IMG/VR virus record: IMGVR_UViG_3300020556_000009
Coordinates: 1 to 36,788 of that record
DNA: 36,788 nucleotides
Reading direction: 5' to 3' (one strand)
Source: a virus
Taxonomy: Duplodnaviria > Caudoviricetes
In this document: positions 34,398 to 36,788 of the stretch, one piece after another
How the letters are laid out: every line of letters starts with the position of its first letter
Numbering within the stretch: position 1 is the first letter of the stretch
Notes under the pieces: model-generated
Seen by the model: only the letters and a program-made list of their open reading frames with translations
Database searches by the model: none
What the model was told of the DNA's origin: nothing
Translations under genes and position numbers: made by a program

Positions 34398-35352
34398 CGG
34401 TGACGTGCGGATCGACGTCACGCTCGAAAACGCCCCCCCAGGCATCAATTTCTTGCTCCCAAAAAATTGTTTTTCTGCCATCCTCGGCTCGTTCACTGGC
34501 GACGAAATCACGATCACGCCCGACGACTCGTCGTGCGTCATCAAGGCGGGACGTGGCGAGTGGACGCTACCGACGGAAGACGCTGGCGAGTATCCGGCGT
34601 GGACGGTAGACGGTGCCACGCCCGTCACGCGGCTCCCGGTTGACCAGTTCTGCCGTGCAGTGAAAGGCGTCGTATTCGCCGTCGATGACGAGTCGAGCCG
34701 CTACGCTCTCGGTGCGGTGCTCGTGGAAGTGAAAGGCGAGGTTGTCACTTTCGTTGCAACGGACGGGCGAAGGCTTTCGTGCGTCAACTGTGAGCACGAC
34801 CTGGCCGTGGACGACTCGCAGACGCTCGTGCCGGCTCGTGCCATGGCGATCATCGCACGGCTTGCAGCTGCTGCCGGTGATGAAAGTGTTCAGCTCGAGA
34901 CGACGGGCAAGGAAATTGTCGCCACCGTGGGCAACGCTACCGTCACGGCTCGTCTGCTCGACGGTCGCTACCCTCGGTGGCGTGACACGCTGCCGGATCG
35001 TGACGCCAAGGCCACGACCGTGAGCCGTGCGGATCTGCTCGCGGCTACTCGAGCGGCTGCCATCGTGACCAGCGAGGAAAGCAAAGGCGTGCAGTTCGTA
35101 TTCTCTGGCGACGGCATCTGGCTGCACGGGCAGAGCAGCGAGAAGGGCGAAAGCAGCGTCACCTGTGACGTCGTGGAAGCCGGCGACAAGGCGACGGTGA
35201 AGCTCGATCCTTTGTTCGTCCAGCAGTGGCTGGGCGGCATCGACAGTGAGGCCGATCCGGAAGTCGAAGTCGAAGCCGTGGACGCACAGTCGGCGGTGAT
35301 CCTGCGGTGCGGCGACAACACGGGCGTGATCATGCCGTTGGCGGCGGACTGA
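34234..35352 (+). CDS. dnaN: DNA polymerase III beta sliding clamp homolog
   Basis: 372 aa; FAVDDESSRYALGAV, VATDGRRL and TARLLDGRYP, ending VIMPL. Confidence 0.9.
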   Translation: MTATKERKKRAGGISLSAPELKAALNAVGQAVPTRSPRPIYQSVLLSGGVLSGSDGDVRIDVTLENAPPGINFLLPKNCFSAILGSFTGDEITITPDDSSCVIKAGRGEWTLPTEDAGEYPAWTVDGATPVTRLPVDQFCRAVKGVVFAVDDESSRYALGAVLVEVKGEVVTFVATDGRRLSCVNCEHDLAVDDSQTLVPARAMAIIARLAAAAGDESVQLETTGKEIVATVGNATVTARLLDGRYPRWRDTLPDRDAKATTVSRADLLAATRAAAIVTSEESKGVQFVFSGDGIWLHGQSSEKGESSVTCDVVEAGDKATVKLDPLFVQQWLGGIDSEADPEVEVEAVDAQSAVILRCGDNTGVIMPLAAD

Positions 35353-35354
35353 CT

Positions 35355-35705
35355 ATGCCGCGCAAGCAATGGAACTACGACCTGGCAGTGCTCCAGCGGC
35401 TCTGGGCGGCCGGCAAGACTCACATTGAGATTGCCGCCGCCTTGGGCTGCGCGGAGAAGAAGGTGGAGCAGCTTCGGCGACGTCATGCGTTGCCAAGAAG
35501 GCCGCGAAAGCAAGCGCCGCCGGTAACTGTTGATCCGACGCCAGAGCAGATCGCAGCCGGTGCCAAAGAGTTGCGGCAGCGGCATATGGAGCAGATGCAA
35601 CGAGAGACGCCAGACGCATCGAGGGCCAGGGCGAACAGAAACGCACAGGTAAGCGACGCCATTCGCCGGTATTCGTGGGACGGGTTTCGTTTCTCTGGCA
35701 TTTGA
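35355..35705 (+). CDS. GcrA-like N-terminal HTH protein
   Basis: LQRLWAAGKTHIEIAAALG...LRRRHALPRR and DPTPEQIA. Confidence 0.7.
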   Translation: MPRKQWNYDLAVLQRLWAAGKTHIEIAAALGCAEKKVEQLRRRHALPRRPRKQAPPVTVDPTPEQIAAGAKELRQRHMEQMQRETPDASRARANRNAQVSDAIRRYSWDGFRFSGI

Positions 35706-35774
35706 CACGCCGTCTACCGTGAGTCGCAGTGCCGCACGGAGCGGCTGTTTCTCACGGACGAAAGGACGGACGAT

Positions 35775-36080
35775 ATGCGAAGGATTTGCATGGCGATGGC
35801 TCTGGCGTTCTGTGGCGTCGTGGCCCACGCGGATAACGTGGTGATCAACGCCAGGCGTGTGAACATCACATCGGCACAACAGGACGCCGAGACGATGGCA
35901 CGCACGGGCATCCTGCGTCACTGCGGCACCGCTGGTGGCAGGCGAGAGGGCATCGGCTTTTCGTCTGCTTCGCCAGACGCTGCGCTGCGTAACTGCTGCT
36001 ACTACGGGCGCTACCGCATCGTGGAAAAGGCAGTAGCACGCGGCTCGCGTGGCTGGTTCGCGGTGATTCGGTACGAATGA
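35775..36080 (+). CDS. Small secreted CAP/SCP-like protein
   Basis: Signal peptide; A..MA....LRH.G...EGIGFS...CCY...VARG..GWFA. Confidence 0.65.
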   Translation: MRRICMAMALAFCGVVAHADNVVINARRVNITSAQQDAETMARTGILRHCGTAGGRREGIGFSSASPDAALRNCCYYGRYRIVEKAVARGSRGWFAVIRYE

Positions 36081-36280
36081 AAGCAGAGTGGCTCACGGTC
36101 GAGTTCTTCGGCGGCCCACTGGACGGCGCTTTACGGCCCGTCCAAGTGGGCACCGCCATTTACTACCTCGCCAATGGTGCGGTCATCCATGCGTACGCGC
36201 TGGACGAGATCCACGAGGGGCATTACGTGCGACAGGTGATGCGGCACTACGAGATCATCCACTCGTCGTGGTTTGCTTGA
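36077..36280 (+). CDS. Small phage protein with FxGGPxDG motif
   Basis: EFFGGPLDG; ATGA overlap. Confidence 0.7.
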   Translation: MKAEWLTVEFFGGPLDGALRPVQVGTAIYYLANGAVIHAYALDEIHEGHYVRQVMRHYEIIHSSWFA

Positions 36281-36301
36281 CGCTGCTGCGACGATCGGGG
36301 C

Positions 36302-36700
36302 ATGAAACCGATCACGTTCAGCGTTCCAGGCGATCCAGTGCCACAGCCACGAGTGCGAGTGAGCACACGCGGCGGCTTCGCCAGAGCATACGTGCCGTCG
36401 AAGCATCCCGTGCATGCGTACCGTGACGCGATCCTGCGTGAGGCTATAGCGTGCGGCCTGACGCCAATCAGCGAACCGATTGAGGTGATTGTCGATGCGG
36501 TGTTTGTGCGTCCCAAATCGCACATGACGAAGCGAGGCGTGAAGGCGACGGCGCCAGTGCTGCCACGAGCAGACGTAGACAACGTGGCAAAGGCAGTGCT
36601 CGATGCGTTGAAGGACGTGTTTGATGACACGTGTGTCAGGCGATTGATTGTGGAAAAGTCGTGGGGCGATGAAGCGAGGACGACGGTGCGAGTGCAGTGA
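36302..36700 (+). CDS. rusA: RusA-family Holliday junction resolvase
   Basis: VPGDPVPQPR.R and ADVDNVAKAVLDAL...FDDTCV. Confidence 0.9.
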   Translation: MKPITFSVPGDPVPQPRVRVSTRGGFARAYVPSKHPVHAYRDAILREAIACGLTPISEPIEVIVDAVFVRPKSHMTKRGVKATAPVLPRADVDNVAKAVLDALKDVFDDTCVRRLIVEKSWGDEARTTVRVQ

Positions 36701-36702
36701 TG

Positions 36703-36757
36703 AGTGTTGCAAAATGCAGCGGTAAAGCCTGCCACAGTGGCAGTGTTGCAAAATGCA
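36703..36757 (+). repeat. 16-bp direct repeat flanking a 15-bp palindrome
   Basis: agtgttgcaaaatgca at 36703 and 36742; ctgccac-a-gtggcag at 36729-36743. Confidence 0.85.
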
Positions 36758-36788
36758 AAGGTACTTCGGCAGGGGTGGACGCTAGGCA

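Noticed and set aside
26070-35770. Recurrent acg(g)aaagga motif as an operator
   Set aside because: It sits a few nt before start codons, so it is most simply an extended Shine-Dalgarno sequence.
6793-35921. Many long minus-strand shadow ORFs (e.g. 6793-7650, 26963-27856, 30374-31366, 34968-35921)
   Set aside because: They lie antisense to well-supported genes in GC-rich DNA and show no recognisable motifs or RBS.

Overview
This window is part of a GC-rich temperate siphovirus-like phage genome, probably in its non-integrated form because an intact candidate attP lies inside it. Several protein motifs suggest a Planctomycetota host; this is inferred from recalled motifs, not from a search. 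In order, the window holds: a 5'-truncated tandem LamG-like fibre; a Thr-rich GPT collagen-like protein followed by four carbohydrate-active genes; neck/tail completion genes; three tandem mini tail-tube paralogs; a G/GT chaperone with a -1 slippery site; the tape measure; tail-tip genes and an AT-richer Cys-rich adhesin module that ends in a recombination scar; a metallophosphoesterase and DUF5664 pair; and a membrane-protein cluster built around a papain-like protease, with no recognisable endolysin. Next come a tyrosine integrase with a tRNA-Ser-like attP core and an HTH regulator with repeated operators. The early/replication region follows: RecT-like SSAP, NDT, ParB-DUF4326, replication initiator, LexA DNA-binding domain, C5 methyltransferase with a nested ORF, DnaN clamp and RusA. 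The strongest leads are: (1) a collagen-fibre glycosylation cassette; (2) a repeated short-spacer TTGAC-N8-hexamer-N6/7-ATG leaderless motif; (3) a second -1 frameshift that would fuse an HNH nuclease onto an uncharacterised protein; (4) the triple tail tube; (5) the protease-centred putative lysis module; and (6) a structured, possibly switching RNA leader upstream of the NDT gene. All family assignments come from reading motifs by eye; no databases were run.
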